A stretch of DNA of 64,000 bases. Origin: Asterias rubens. Taxonomy: Eukaryota. Position 1 is the stretch's first letter. Each line of letters opens with the position of its first letter. The position numbers and the translations under genes were made by a program. The notes under the pieces were generated by a model that was not told the origin of the DNA, searched no databases, and worked only from the letters and a program-made list of their open reading frames with translations. The stretch spans positions 1,736,001-1,800,000 of the forward strand of contig NC_047066.1 in the NCBI RefSeq assembly GCF_902459465.1, in the 5' to 3' direction. Of the stretch, positions 31,672 to 46,600 are shown in pieces.

Positions 31672-34600
31672 AAACTTAAAGCGCACAAATCCAACAAAGT
31701 GCTCATGGCGCTAAATACAAACAAAAACATACATAAATGTACATATTAGAACCAGTGGTGGTATACTCTACACACTAAACAGTGCTAAACTATCTAATTG
31801 TATGTGTATGTTTTTATCAGGAAACGCCAACGTGATGATCAATCGTTATTCATTCACATACACAGAATACAATAATTTCCTTTAATTATAAATAAAAATA
31901 AGTTTAAATTCAGTTCAATATTGGATTGAATGTAAATGTATGATTTTTATAACCATACCAATTTATGCGTTATTCATGCCTGTTCAAGCTTAAAATCATG
32001 TCCATCTAAAAAGTACCACTTCAATATCTCTGTGTTCATGTAGCAACTAACTTGTTCATGGAGACGATAGCAGAACAAACCTCATTAGAGTAGCAACTAA
32101 TATCGCACTTTGCAATTTTTGTACCAGATGCCACCCGTGCACCAGAGAAACTTATTAATCAAGTCTTTCACAGGCATATCATTTGTTTTAAGATGAACTT
32201 GCAGCCTTTAAAGGAAACGTAGACCAAACCTACCAGATTCAACCATCATAGTTGAATATTCTGCCATTTTATTATCTACATAATCCATTATTTGGGTAAA
32301 ACCGGCTGAAACCGGACACCTCCTAACTTTATCAAAGACAATAATGATCTGACAGCTCTTGACTAAAAAGTAGTAGTAAATGAATATAATGTAGGTTTTG
32401 GTTTTTTAAATGTTATTTTAAAAACTTGATTGAATTCAAGATTGACAATAATATGCATCAAGGTCACTGTACGGGGTTAGTGGGTGACTAAGAGTGACTA
32501 ATCTTGTTAGAGGAGTTACATCAAAGGCAACAATGTCCACAGAATATTTTAATAACATTATGATATCTTTCTTGCATACGGTGTAGAATTATCAGTATGG
32601 CATGTTTGTTTGTACTGCAACTCTTTAGTGTTTCACTGTAGTATTATTGCCTGATTTCGGCATTTATTAGATTTTTATTATTTAGAGCTAACATTTTAGA
32701 TCAAAAAGAATTTTTATTTAAATTTTTTATAAAAATTATTTAATACGCTACGCTAGAATTTCATGCTTGTTGGTTACTCAATATCAATTAGTTCTTCACT
32801 CAAAAAATGTCCTAGAAATGAAACACATTGTCTGCTTGAAATAAAACCTGTAGATTCATTCTAGATCTACATGTTGTTTTTACATTAATATTAACCTTTC
32901 ACTATTTGAGAATTTCACTAATTAGGCAAGGATTTAAATTTAAACTTTAATCATTTCAACAATACATTTCCATGCTCAGAAAACAATTGTTACTAGAGAC
33001 AGATGTCTTCTCTTTTGTCTGTTTTTTTTGTTGATTGTTCTTGTCTTATACAATATAAATTATTATAACCTGCATGCACAGTCCAAAAGAACCGAAAGCT
33101 GGTATGCATGATGTACTTGGGTGCTTTCATATGCAATGGATACAGGACCATGTTGCAATATCTCAAAGTACATTGTGTGCACTCTCAAGTGACCTTGTCT
33201 ATTGTGTGTGTGTGTGTGTGAGCCATAGGTTTGCGTGACTGTCCCCCAGCTCTCCTAGTGTTAAGATGCGTATTGATTAACCAACTCTGGCCATTTGTGA
33301 TTCTTAGAAAACACAAGGACAAGGTGAACATGTTTGATCAAATACACGATTCTTTTTATAAACTTGATCATGATTTGATCGGTCTTAAAGTGGTGACATT
33401 TTGCTTGGAAACGAAATGCTGTAGAGACATTTGTGGCTAGTCTAATTGCTCCCAGGTTTCAAGGAAATGGGAGTGTGTGAGTCACTGTCTGTTTGAGGCA
33501 TACAGGGCATTGACTCAATAGAAGGAGGGCATGAACAGTTTAAACAGTGAATGTCAGGAGTGAATGTAGCCTCTTAAGATGTACCAAGCAATTCTCCTAA
33601 CTCACCACAGATTTATCGTTCACCAGAATTTGACATAATTAGGGTATTTGAGTCCTTGTTCTCCGAATGTAGTATATAGCCTTGATTTATAGTTCATCTT
33701 GAAAAGTTTGTTCAACCCCAGATGAATTTCCACAAATTCATGAGTAAAGTACTAGGTTTCTTTTTGTCTTAGACTGTCGCTGTACATCTCAGGGTTCATG
33801 ACATTTTAAACTGATCTGTAGCACCTTTGTATTTGATTCTTTCATCGTCAATTCTTTTATGTGTGCATTTCAATTCAAATTTGTTTATCTCTTGATTCAC
33901 AAACAAAACTACCACTTAAAATTGTGTCTAGTTTGATTTTGCTAATATTGCTAAGATAGCATTTATTTAATTTAGTAGGCCTATAGATAATTTAATATTT
34001 TATAGTTTATGGAAATGTTATGCAGTGTTATGCATACAAAATTGCTATAAATGTTATGTCTCTTTAGTCTTAACGTGTTTTTGTGTCAGAATTTTATCAT
34101 AAAATGTCAGAATTTTGTTTATAAATTTGTGACATTAATAAACAAATCTCCTAGGCTATTATTTTGAATAGGAATTATTACATCTGAAAATGCTGAACTA
34201 TTAATTTTCTACATATTTCAAATAATTGATCCTAAAAGGGGGATGCTTCATATTTGAAAGGACAAGGGCACCAAGGCGATTTCTCCTTGGTAAAGGGCCC
34301 CCTATGAGGAAATGGTAAATTTCTACTGTCCAAAGCATTCAAGGGCACCAAGGCAATGACCAAGGGGCATCGAGCCAATCGCATTTGTTGCCTCCAAGAA
34401 GTATCAGGCCTGCAATCCATTTTCAACATGACCACAAAAGAATGTATTTTTAAGTAGTACGTAAAGATGGTTTGAATCTGAGTCATGGACTGCATTGGGT
34501 ACAATTCTTATATGTAAGGATTGATATTTAAAACAGTATTGAGTCAGTTACTTGTTGGTGATTCATATAGATGTGACACCATTATTATCCAACAGCAGGT

Positions 34601-37600
34601 CTGTAGATTTCCATGTGGGTGGGGTAGTAAATTCCAGCCGTTCAAAATGAATTTCTGTTTCTCGTTTGCTGTTAAAATTGAAACCAAATTGACAGAAATA
34701 TCATTATTCATCCAAGTCCAAGCAAAAGCATCTTGTACAGTAGATAAATTCTTCAGATTGCGCAACTGAGTATCTTATGTAGGCCTAATCTGAACTTTGC
34801 AAAGAATTTATGCACCATTTCGGTTTGAATGCATCATTCGCTTTCTATACAAAAAGGGTTGCTCCAGCATCATTTGAGAGAAGACCTAGATTTAGTTAAT
34901 CGTCGTTAATTTTGGTAAAACTTTAATTATTCTGAAATTACTCGAGTCCATGGCTAGTATAACAGGACAAATTATGGAATTGCTACATGTCATTTGGTGT
35001 TGGATATGGGGCTTAGTGTAAACCCCCCCCCCCACCACCCAATTGTGTCTTTCTTCATTGTGTGCTTGGAATCGCTGGAATTCTTCAGAGGATTTTAAGG
35101 GGGCACTTTTGTACAAGAGGACAATAGTGTGTGGGAACATTTGCTTGGGAAGGGGGATATCCTGTGTTCCAAAATCCGGCATGGTACATGAATACTTACG
35201 ATGATAATCATAACGTGTACATTTTACATGATTTTACCTTGCCGGATATGAGGCTGAGAGTAAAGGCCTACTGCTTGCATGCAGTTGATACCCTGTGTAC
35301 ATAATTGTGCATTGCACCAAATTCTCATGACCTGGCTGGAAGTACATGTATAGCCCTATAAAGCTACATATTTGAGCATAAAAGTTAGTGATACAATGTT
35401 AATAACTGTAATCTACAATTGATCTACATAACTCGGCCAACGCATTGTTATGTCTCTCATTGTTTGAGTTTAATGGTTTTGGTATTTACTACTCTGAGGT
35501 ATGTGTGGATTTTGAAAAGAGTAGCCTGGCACACAGTGCCCCCATTTCACCAATCTCAAGGTGTGTCTATAGAATGTGAGGTATTTGTAAATCACTGTGT
35601 TGTGTACACAGAGGTGTGTTGACATCTAATGTCATGAAGTACATCTACTCCCTCTGACCATTAGTAAACCCACTGACTGTCTTTAAAAACATAGACAAAA
35701 CTGATATGGAGGCAACAAAGGCAATTGCCTCCATGCCCCCTGGGGTGTTGCCTTGGTGCCCTTGAAATGCTCCAGTACAGTAAACCAAATTACAATTCCC
35801 TCATACATGTAGGGTGCCCTTTGGCGTCCTTGCCCTTTCAAAAAGAAGCAAGCAGGCCTGCATAGAATTGTAAAATACTGAGTAGGCCCTATTCGTGCTT
35901 GAAGACAGTTTGATTGCTTGGGGACTTAAGCTAATGCATTTTATTTGGAAATGTATAAAAAGATATTTATGACTTTTAGCATTGGAATCGGTTTCCATTA
36001 AACCAATGTTTACATCATTAAGTTCAATAGGTTCATTGTTTCAACAATATCTGACTAATGATTCAATATGGCTGGCTTCAGGCATATTTGACTGGAAAAA
36101 ATAACACTAGGGATTCGATTGGTTTTGTCTGCCACTTTGAGTTATGACTGAGTGCATGTGTTGGCCTACTTCATTGGAAGTTCATGCACAGTTGATGCTG
36201 TTTGAAATGTGTACCTGGACATCGTCTTGAATAGAAGTGTATCTTTCAGCAAAAGTTCATAGGTCAAATGTCAAAGGTCATAATTACATTGTAGATCTTA
36301 GTTAGAACACAAGTGTTCTAACTAAAATGAGGCACTTAACCAATTGATAATGTTTGTCCTTAAGAGGTATCAGGTGCTGTGTATTGCATGTCAAATAACC
36401 CAGTATACAGTACTTGCCGTGAAGAGGAGGGGTTTGCCCTGGTTTTTCTTGCATGGTCTAGCAGAAATATGTTCCACATCACCCTGTACATTACATATGG
36501 AACGATTTCCCTTGAATTGCAGAGCAAAATGCTACACAAAATGTATCAGTTGCTACACAAAAATCATCATTTGCTTCTCAATATTGGCATTCAGTGTGCT
36601 GGAAGAAAACGTTCCCTGGTACTGTATGTATCCCATTCAAGATTTTGTTCTATTTTTGCTTGTCTTAAAAAATCATTCTTAACAAGCTCCTTAAAGTTTT
36701 ATAATCAACAAAAACATGTCATTTATGACAGACATTGTGTATTATTTACAAATGTACGCTATTATTAAAAACAATGATAATATCATAGGCCTACAAGTAA
36801 GTATACAGGTACATACACTGTTAAATGGCTGTGCAGTTCTATTTGAAAGTTTGAAAGTCAACATCTTATATAAATGCAGGCAGTCGTAAATGTTTTTCAA
36901 TAATGTAACAAAACAATCAGTGGGTGTTTTTATACATGTAGGGCCTACACTATTCATCGGCATTTGATATCAATAAAACAATTTTTTTTTTTAAACATGT
37001 AGCCTACATACTATAGTCCTATATGTTCAGTATCCGCTGATTCTATTGCACATGCCCACAGCCACAACGCTAGGTACTTGCACGACTTTTTCAAGAAAAT
37101 CGTCAAAGGTATTAAAACCAGAGCTCGCATCCTGTGCGTGCTTAACTTCTGAAGAATAACCACATGGGTTAAGGTCATCCTGTTATGAGATTTAAAGGGA
37201 AGATTAAACAGATAGAAATTCTCTCTGGAGTGTTTACTATTAAAAAATAGGATCATAGAGGTGGTGGGTGTGTTTTCAAATAGCCATGCAATGCTAGACA
37301 ACTCACCTATCATCAGGATTAAATGGGTACCATGGTTGAAGTGATTTCGTCCAGCAAGAGCAATTATGCGTAGCAAAACATTTTGACTGAACTTGTTTGT
37401 GCACACTGAAAGCCAATATTGAGTTGCAAAATTATACTATTCGTGTATCTATTTGTTCTGCTACAGGCCTACAAGGGAAATCATTTGCTGGGTACTCTGT
37501 TTAAAAGCTGAATGCCTCAATGTTATTTCTCGCAACATGACTTTCAATATCAAGTGAAAAAAATGGTTTGGTTTCTGAAAATTTGAAAGATGTGCAATAA

Positions 37601-40600
37601 TACAATTTATATAACACCCAAGCAGATCCTTGCCATTTGATTGGAGGATTGTCCGTCACGTGATAGCAAATAAAAGTACCATTGCACGCTGAGTCACTCG
37701 CCGTGCTTTTTCGTTCCATCCGAAAAGTACCATTGCACGCTGGCACGCTGCCAGCGTGCAATGGTACTTTTCGGATGGAACGAAAAAGCTGAGTAAAAAC
37801 ATCACTGCGTGCGCGTGTCTTTGGTAACGCAGCAGGTGTTACTGCAAGAAGGCATAGTAAAATTACTAGCATTCGGCTTCTACAGTTGAAATTGTTTGTT
37901 TTGAAAGTTGTTTCTTTCAATCAAAATGACAAAGTTCTACTTGGATGTTATATAAAACAAATAATGAATGTTTTTCATTCGTGCAATGGTGCGAATATGT
38001 TCATTCGTTGAAAGCTGGAATGTTCCATTCAACTCGGCTCCGCCTCGTTGAATAGAACATTCCATCTTTCAACTCATGAACATATTCGCACCATTGCACT
38101 CATAAACATTCATTATGTGTATATTATTCCAATTTGAATAGTTTGAAGGAATGGTTTGTCTTTGTGTTTGTTGACAATAATATCAAGTACGTGAAATTAT
38201 GGCCTGCTCTTTTATGAAAGTGCTCATTGCTTTTTGAGCCAATATTTTTTATTTTAAAAGTTTTTTCACTAGTCCCTCACCCTTTTCACTTGTCCATCAA
38301 ATGAAATAGCGAAGCTTTTCAATACTGAACTGGCCAGCCAGACCACTTGGGGTCAATTTTAACTGGTCTCTTGCATTTTTTTCAGCGGGACATCTGTTTT
38401 TTAGGGAGAATGCTGATGAATTGTTCTCTTTCAACATTATGCTTTTACTGCTTGCCTGGATGTCTAAATATGATACCACAATTCTTAGAATATTCTCTGT
38501 TTATTTATTTCCATTTCCATATGGAATGTGTTGATGATTTCCCAGCTGAAGGTTATACATGTGAGAAGTACATGCCTGACCAATCCCCAGTGAGGTCACC
38601 CCAGACCAGTAAGGTCACACTGTGTAGCAAGTAGTGTAGCCATCAGTGTACATGTTTATGGTGCCTGGTTATTGTGATGCGAGGTCGTGAACTCTGCCTG
38701 ACCCTGGATCACAACAATGGGTGATGGACAGTGTTTATGGATATGTAGTGGCTAGCAATGAGTGCTTTGCAAGCAGTAATCAATAATGAATGGACCTTAG
38801 AATGGACAATGCAAGATGGGCAGAATTAGTTGCTCGGAATCTGACCAAACTTGTATCTAATAAGCCTACTTAATTTGAGTATATTGTATGTAACCTTGAT
38901 GAACTTTTGAACCTTAGTTCCTGTCTATGGAATGAAGTCTTACTCAAAGACGTTTGAAATTGATGGGTTTATCGCATGTAGAGCGGCGCCAATTTCAAGG
39001 AACTTCCCTGAATGAATTAAGATTTAAACCACTACAATGTGTAAGTTCAGGGCTGCCAACTCTACTTGATTCTGCAGAAAGTTTTGTGGTAGTACATGTA
39101 AAGCACTCTTTCCATGTTCTGAGGAATAAATTTGGAAATCTTCCTGATGTTAATATTTTCCCTGTTATGTTGAATGCAATTTTAGGTGTCTCTCTGATTG
39201 TTGCACAAAATCTCCCTGAATGCAAGGATGCAAATGTTAGCAGCTCTGGTAAATTGGCTGAGGGATTTTGAAGGCTTTAAATTGCTGTCCCAGGCTCCCT
39301 TAATAAGGCGCTAATCCAACAGTTGTTGCTCATACACAATGCACTAGTTTAGGACAATTTATAACTGCTACATCTTTTGTGAAGTTTCTACGAACTACTT
39401 TGAATAAAACATGTTCACTTTTGAAATTTCAAGGGAACAAAGTAACCCTCTGCCGAGAGTGTCACATGGTAAAATACAACCCGTGATGATAATGCAATAC
39501 TTTGATTGTTGTGAGTAGCAGGAAATGATCTTCAACAACATGTGGCTTCAGTTATGTACAGTAACAGAAATGAGTGTAACGTGAATGAAAGTACATGCTA
39601 TGGACATTTTACTTTGTGTTGCCAAATTTTAAACGGTTGTATGACTTCTAAATGGCACCCCAAACAAATATGGACAAAATAGGAAGACCACCAATATAGG
39701 GTTAGACTGTAGCTCAGTTGGTAGAGCGCCGAAACGTTAATCTGGAGGACGTTGGTTCAAATCCCAGCTCCAGACATTTTTTTCTTTGTTAAAACCCAAA
39801 TCATTAAAGCTCCACCCAGTCAGTTTCCCTTGTGGTTTTTTTTTGATAACATTTTAGAATGAGAAATTAATACAGTTACATCGTTGTACCTGTTGCAAAC
39901 TGCTTAACAAACCAAAAGGACATAATAGTATAAATGCAAAATACAATTTAATGGCTTGGCTTTTCGACCCTAGCAGAGGCTTTCTAGGATCGAAAACTCA
40001 GACATTAATTATTTTTTTACAATCTACGAGAACTGTACAATGACTGGTTTTAACGGTTACACACCTATATTCCGACACCCCTATGTTCCGACAACTCAGC
40101 CTATATTCCAACATCCCTATGTTCCGACACCCCTATATTCCGACACCCCTATATTCCGACACCCCTATATTCCGACACCCCTATATTCCGACACCCCTAT
40201 GTTCCGACAACTGAACCTATATTCCGACACCCCTATGCTCCGACACCCCTATATTCAGACACCCCTATGTTCCAACACCCCTATGTTCCGACAAGTTATA
40301 TTCGCACATTATTACTCTGTTGACCAATAACAAAAACACAAGTTGTATTACATGTTTCCCGGCGAATTTCGGCCGGTAATAAGTTTGAACAATCGTCAGT
40401 TGAATTTTGTCCATTGTTTGTATAAAGTGATTGAATCAAAATTAAGATAATTGAATCACACATGAATTTGGTGCTTTTGTTTTGTGGTTATAAACATGAG
40501 TTATGGCTCCCCGAGTAAGCCCACAAGAAAATGCTCGGTACTTTACAATTTTCTTTGTTAGATGCGTGTCCGTGACATGAGCCTTCAATTTATAAAAATT

Positions 40601-43600
40601 ACAGCTCTCCCCTGCGTTTTTAGCGCCGATGTGTAGTTTCTTTCATTTGCCCCCCCTAATTTTTTTTAATAATAATACAAGTAATAATAATACGTTAACA
40701 ATTAATAATAACAAATAATCAAGTCTTACCCCCCCCCCCCCAATTTACTCAGCCCTTCTTACTAAACCAAAGTTTAGAATAACACTTTTCAGAATAACAC
40801 TTTTCATATAAATTATACTCGCACCTTTTTTCTTGAAAAATTGTAAACACAAAATGTTGGTGCAGGTTGTCGGAACATAGGGGTGTCAGAACATAGGGGT
40901 GTTTTGGTTGTCGGAATAAATGGGTGTCGGAACATAGGGGTGTTGGAATATAGGGGTGTCTGAACATAGGGGTGTCGGATTATAGGTTGAGTTGTCGGAA
41001 CATAGGGGTGTCGGAACATAGGGGTGTCGGAACATAGGGATGTCCGAATATAGAGCAGTCACCGGTTTTAACAAGAGAGGTTCTGTCTTGCAATTTCCAA
41101 GTCGAAGAACAATTGGACAATACAGCATTGTAGGTTCAGTGTTGCCTTAGTATAAAGAACTGATAAAACCCACAGACCTCAAACAACGGCTTATCTTAAT
41201 GCCTTGGTTGTTCCATGGTTTGCTTTAACCAACAATGTTTGACTGTACAGGTAGACAAAAAGGAAAAATCCAGGGTTCAGTAAGGGAGTTCAGAAAGGAA
41301 TAAAGTAAACCTGCAGGGTTTTATAGGTGCTAAACTGACATGACATACAAGACAGCTGTGGGTGTGATACCCCAGTTGGAAAAGAATGGCCATTGATTTG
41401 AGAAATGAACTGAAGGATGAGTGTTGAGCAGGGTCATTACTTCAGCCCTGGGCCTGGTTTGTCATGGCTCTACTTGCTGCAGAATTCTGTGCTTATGATC
41501 ACCATTCTTTGTTTCCGATTGCCATTCTTTGCTTTCATTGAGGGCCCCCAAGTACTGTGCTAGCTATACTAAGCTTGTCCCCTTAATTGCATCTGATGAA
41601 GTTGTTGTTGCTGCGAAAGCTCATGCAGTTTTTCTACTATAGCTATCTGTGTAAGTGAAAATTGCAAAGTAACGTTGAGTATGTATGTGCGCAAGTAAAA
41701 ATTCCCTGCTAACCCATGAAATATGCTTGACATAAGTGTGGAATGCCCCACTTCCATTATTGCAGATTATTTTCTTACGGTAAGCAGAGCCATGAAGTTC
41801 GGCCCAGATTGTCACTGATTGCCATTGAATGTTTCTTGAACATCAGTCTGATGAAATGTTTAGTGAGGTGACAGCGGTTACTATTCCGCATCTCTGGCCG
41901 CAGCATTGGAGAATGGAAACCAACCGTCCACAGATTCATGTATTGGGTGCAAAATTATCCAAACCATATTTATTCAAAAATGATCCTTTCTCAAAATAGT
42001 TTTCTTGCAATCATAGCTGCATAGCTCTGACGAACAAGTAAGTTCTTTATGGTCAGTAACTTTCAGAGCATTCACCAAATTGTGACCCAAGTTTTAAACC
42101 TACCTTTAAACCTTTTGGGGTGCTATTCATAAAAGTCTGTATTTCTTACCCTCGGTAACAAAAATGGGATTCATCCCAAAAGTTGATCTGAGTCATCGAT
42201 CCCAAAATAAACTGATAGTAAGTTAACAACAACAAACACAACACAACAATAGGAGGGTGTTCTAGAGGACAAGCAGTACCACCATAGGAACACAAAGTGA
42301 AAGCCCAAAGGCTCACTAAATGCACCCTTTTACTGTATCATTAAAGTACTTTGATAGACATCTTTGGTTATGACTCATAAGTTGGAACCACAACCCACTA
42401 TATAAACATGAACGGAGAATGAGCTAGTAAACTGTGAACTTTGTCAAAACTGTAAATATTGGTTGTTTTGTTTTTTCCATTTGTAGCTTGTGATGACAAC
42501 TGTACTTTAACATGTGGGAAGAATTGCATAAGCTGCTTACCTAAAAATAGAACAATCATATGACTTATTATGTTAGAACTGCAACTCACTATCTACATAT
42601 AAACACTGGCGTGGGCGGAAAATGAGCTAGTAAATTGTGAAGTTTGTCAAATGTGATCGGGCACTTCTATACGCCGCTCCAAATCTTTGGAACAATCTCC
42701 CACCTTGCATTAGACAGTCTTCTTCACTTAATGTATTTAAATCTAAGTTAAAAACCCATTTGTTTACATCACCCATTTAATTTATTCTTGCTCTGTTTGT
42801 GTTTTTTTTTCTTTTCTTTTTTTCTTTCTTCTTTTTTTCTCTGCATTTCTTGTATTCCTTGTAATTCGCAGTATAGTATATTTACATAGGTAACTGCACA
42901 ATATAAATGTCCGTTTTATTATTATTATTAACTCAGTTCTGTAAACATACTGGTTGTTTTATTTGTTCAATTGTAGAGTTGCATACATGTAAGCTGCTTA
43001 CGTAAAAATGAAACAATCATGTGACTTATTTTAAAAGTTAGAACTGCAACATCACTACATAAACATGATGAACAAATACTGTAGTGAGCTAGTAAACTGA
43101 GAACTTTGTCAAACTCACTTACTGTGAACATAGGTTGTGTCAGTCCTGGGTTTTTTGTTTGTTTTTGTTTGCAGCTTGTGATGACAGTAGTACTGAGTGT
43201 AACATGTGGAAGAGTTGCATAAGCTGCTTACCTAAAAATGAAACTATCATGTGACTGTTAATATCATGGGTTTGATCCAGTTAAGTTTTGTTACCTTTCT
43301 TATAGGCACTGACTGTGTGACAATCAAAATGTGCAAGCTCATGATTGAAAGTTACAAAGGGTACTTGTAAAGTATTCTGGCCTACCAAGCCTCATGTTAA
43401 TGTACAAAAGAGTTTATCGTATCCATAGTATTCAAGTCAGTGCTGCACCCCTCCCCCCCCCCACTTCCCCTTTGCTCAGACCCATTACCCCTCCCAAATG
43501 AGTTGATAAAAAAAAGCATGAATTAATGGTTCGATACATAGAGCCCCCCAAAAAACATTGAAAGAAATGTATCAACAAATATTATATTTTTCAGTAATTA

Positions 43601-46600
43601 TATCTTTGCCCCCAAAATACATTTTTATTACATTTCACTGATACTTTGTGGCAAAATTTTGGCAAGATAATACACACCTCAAAAAATGTGTGTTTAACTG
43701 TTTAGGACAGCTTTCCCAACATGAACGGTAGAATTATCCGGTGCAGTTCAAATAGAAAGCCGGATTACAATAATATTGTGAAACAAGGGTGGGAACTTCC
43801 CTATTATTCCACCAAGTGTAAATTTGGATTGACCCTTGCACTTAAAGTCACACAAAGTCACACGAAGTTACTGTTATCACGTTCGCAGACAGGCATGACG
43901 TATGCTCTGTTTTGAAAGGGTAAGGGCACCAAGACATTTTCTCGGGCACCCTTAGAGGAAATTGTAAATTTCTCTTGGATTCTTTCAAGGGCGCCAAGGC
44001 AATGACTAGGTGGCATGGAAGCAATCGTCTTTGTTGTCTCCTTGAAGTATGTATATGCGGCCTGGATCTAACAGAAACACTTTCGGAATGGCTCTGTAAG
44101 GAAATGTATTGCTTTGGTGAAGAATCATTTTATAGGTTGTTTCTATTGACAAAATATATTAAATAGTGAATTTTGTTTGAGGCCCCCAAACTACAATTTT
44201 AGATTGGTTCTATAACCTTAGATCTTTGATCTATGAACCGATCATGTATTGAAACCAAAACCAACTGCCTTGTCAGGGTAACTGATATATTGGGTATACA
44301 TTGCAAAGATGCATAAATTACCATTCATAGCAAATTACTAGTAATACTAGTATAATATATTGTTCAATAAATGGTGTAAAAGATAATTTCAAACCTAAAG
44401 CAATTTAAACTGTTTGCATTCAGTCTGTTTATAAATGCTTCAAAAACATTTGTTTTGTAACCTTCATTGTCTAAAATTACAGATTAGTAGTAAACCTAAT
44501 TCATGATGCTCAATTCCCAACAGCTCAACACTTTGTTCTTTCCAAGAATAAAAGAATTCTGAAATAAATTACATGTAGGTCTGCAGGGATCGCTTCCAAA
44601 CTGGTAATTTGTCCCCAAAAGTCATAAAAATATCTTGTTCAAAGTCCAATCTTGTGAAAACAATTATTTCCTCATTTTATCTTTTTGCAATTTGTTAGTA
44701 TTGAAATAAATTAACGCTTTTTTACTCAAAAATTTTCTTTACTTTCATTTTTTGTTTTTAAATTATATAGCAATATATTATACGTGTATGTGTTATAATG
44801 TATAAAATTAACTCCACGTATGCCTTAAATTTCAAATAAAATATTTTTTTCCGGGAATCTCTATGCCTGTAGGCAACCACTATTATTATTATTATTATTA
44901 TTATTGTTATTATTATTTTTTTTGCTGATACAGCCACAAATCCAGTCATAAATTAACATAACCACCCCCCTTATATACCATCATAAATGTCCTTCTAATC
45001 TTAATAGCACACACATTGACACTCCAACCATAGCTCTATACCTTCAACATAGCCCATTAGGCATCTTCAGTTTCATCGCGCATAGATAATGAGCCTGTAT
45101 CCCTGGCCCTATGATGATTGGTTACCAGCTAGTATTCCATACTGACCTGGGGAGAATATAAAGCAATCCCTGGGAGATGATCGTAACTTACTGTATACCA
45201 TCTAGGAATAAATAATATAAAAAACCTTCATTAACCTAGTCCATGTGAATATACGATTTGTATTATTTCTTAAAATTTATGCATACATGGTTTTGCATGA
45301 ACCATGTATGCACATGTTTACTATAAAAATAGCTATTTTTAGGTAGAAAAACAAATTGAAGGATAATTGCACATTTTGTAAATTTGATGATTGTATTGAA
45401 AACATGCTAAGCAAATTTTTTTTTTTAAAAACATGCTCCGATTAAATGCATACTATTTAAGCACGAAATTATTTGGCGCAGACAAATTATAACATTAGAA
45501 GTTCACCCCCATTGCATATTTGAAAAAAACAGGTTTGGGCACTACCTCCATGGTTTGTGTAAACTGCTGTACCACACTTCTGCAGGCATTTGTATTTGTT
45601 TTATAACGGTAGAATATAATTTTGAATTGAGAAATTATCAATTGGATGAGCACAACTTTAAAAACATTCATTTTGCTGCGTCTACATTTCTTTGAAATAG
45701 TACATGTTTGGTAATGTTTGTTTTATTCCCCTTTGACCGTTTAGTTTTTGTATTTTACAATAGTACAAAATGTACATTCGTACTTCCTCTACCTTTATTT
45801 CACACAAACACCAAATGTTTCACCAGTCTTCTTTGAGATGAGTTAGGTCTTACTGGTGAAAGCTACAATTAACAAAACAAAGCAGCAGTCATGGTGTAAA
45901 ACTGTAGTCATAAAAGAGTTCTATCAAACTAGAGAAAAATTGCGCCATGGCGCTTGTCAGTAGGTAAAACACACTGCGAGAACTAGAACAGCCGCATTGT
46001 AAAAATGCATTTTTGCTCACTGTTTTATAACATTTTAACCTTGACGTTTCAAATGTCCATGACAATTCAATTTAGATGGTTCCATATTTTGTTTACCCGG
46101 TATTATAATAATGACCAAATTTGGGGGTCAAAGGAGGAATAAAGAAGCCATGAGAAGGTCTAATTTCAAGGAAATCCGGAACTGGTTTTCTGTGATATCT
46201 ATGTAGTAACTTCCTTCTGTAAACCTGGATGGTTGTGATAAGGATGCATTATGTCAGAGAGAGGGTTAGGGCAATTGAGATTGTGGACAAACTGTGCAAG
46301 TTAATCGTGTATCGAAAAATGAGAAATAAAAACAAAGACTAATTTTTTCCCAAGAATTCAATTGCTTTTTCTTTGAATTCTATTCAAAATTCTACAGTAA
46401 AAATACCCACAATTTATTGTAATCATGCAAGGCAAAATTTTATTTAAAATAATACAAATAAGTTGCTAAAATCAATTTTGAATCAAAATTAAAACTTGGG
46501 ATGTGGGCCATGCTTATTTTTTAGAAACCCTATTTAACAATCGTGCGTTGATTTAGGGTTTAATTAGAACATGATCATCAGTTATCAGTTGGGCAAAATT

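Noticed and set aside
33480-35350. Nested protein-coding gene on the minus strand of KSR intron 1
   Set aside because: Some protein-like stretches and splice-like sites exist, but the frames contain stops and I recognise no family.
40040-41128. Pro-rich ORFs (FRHPYVPTPL repeats)
   Set aside because: Translations of the 16-bp foldback arm repeats.
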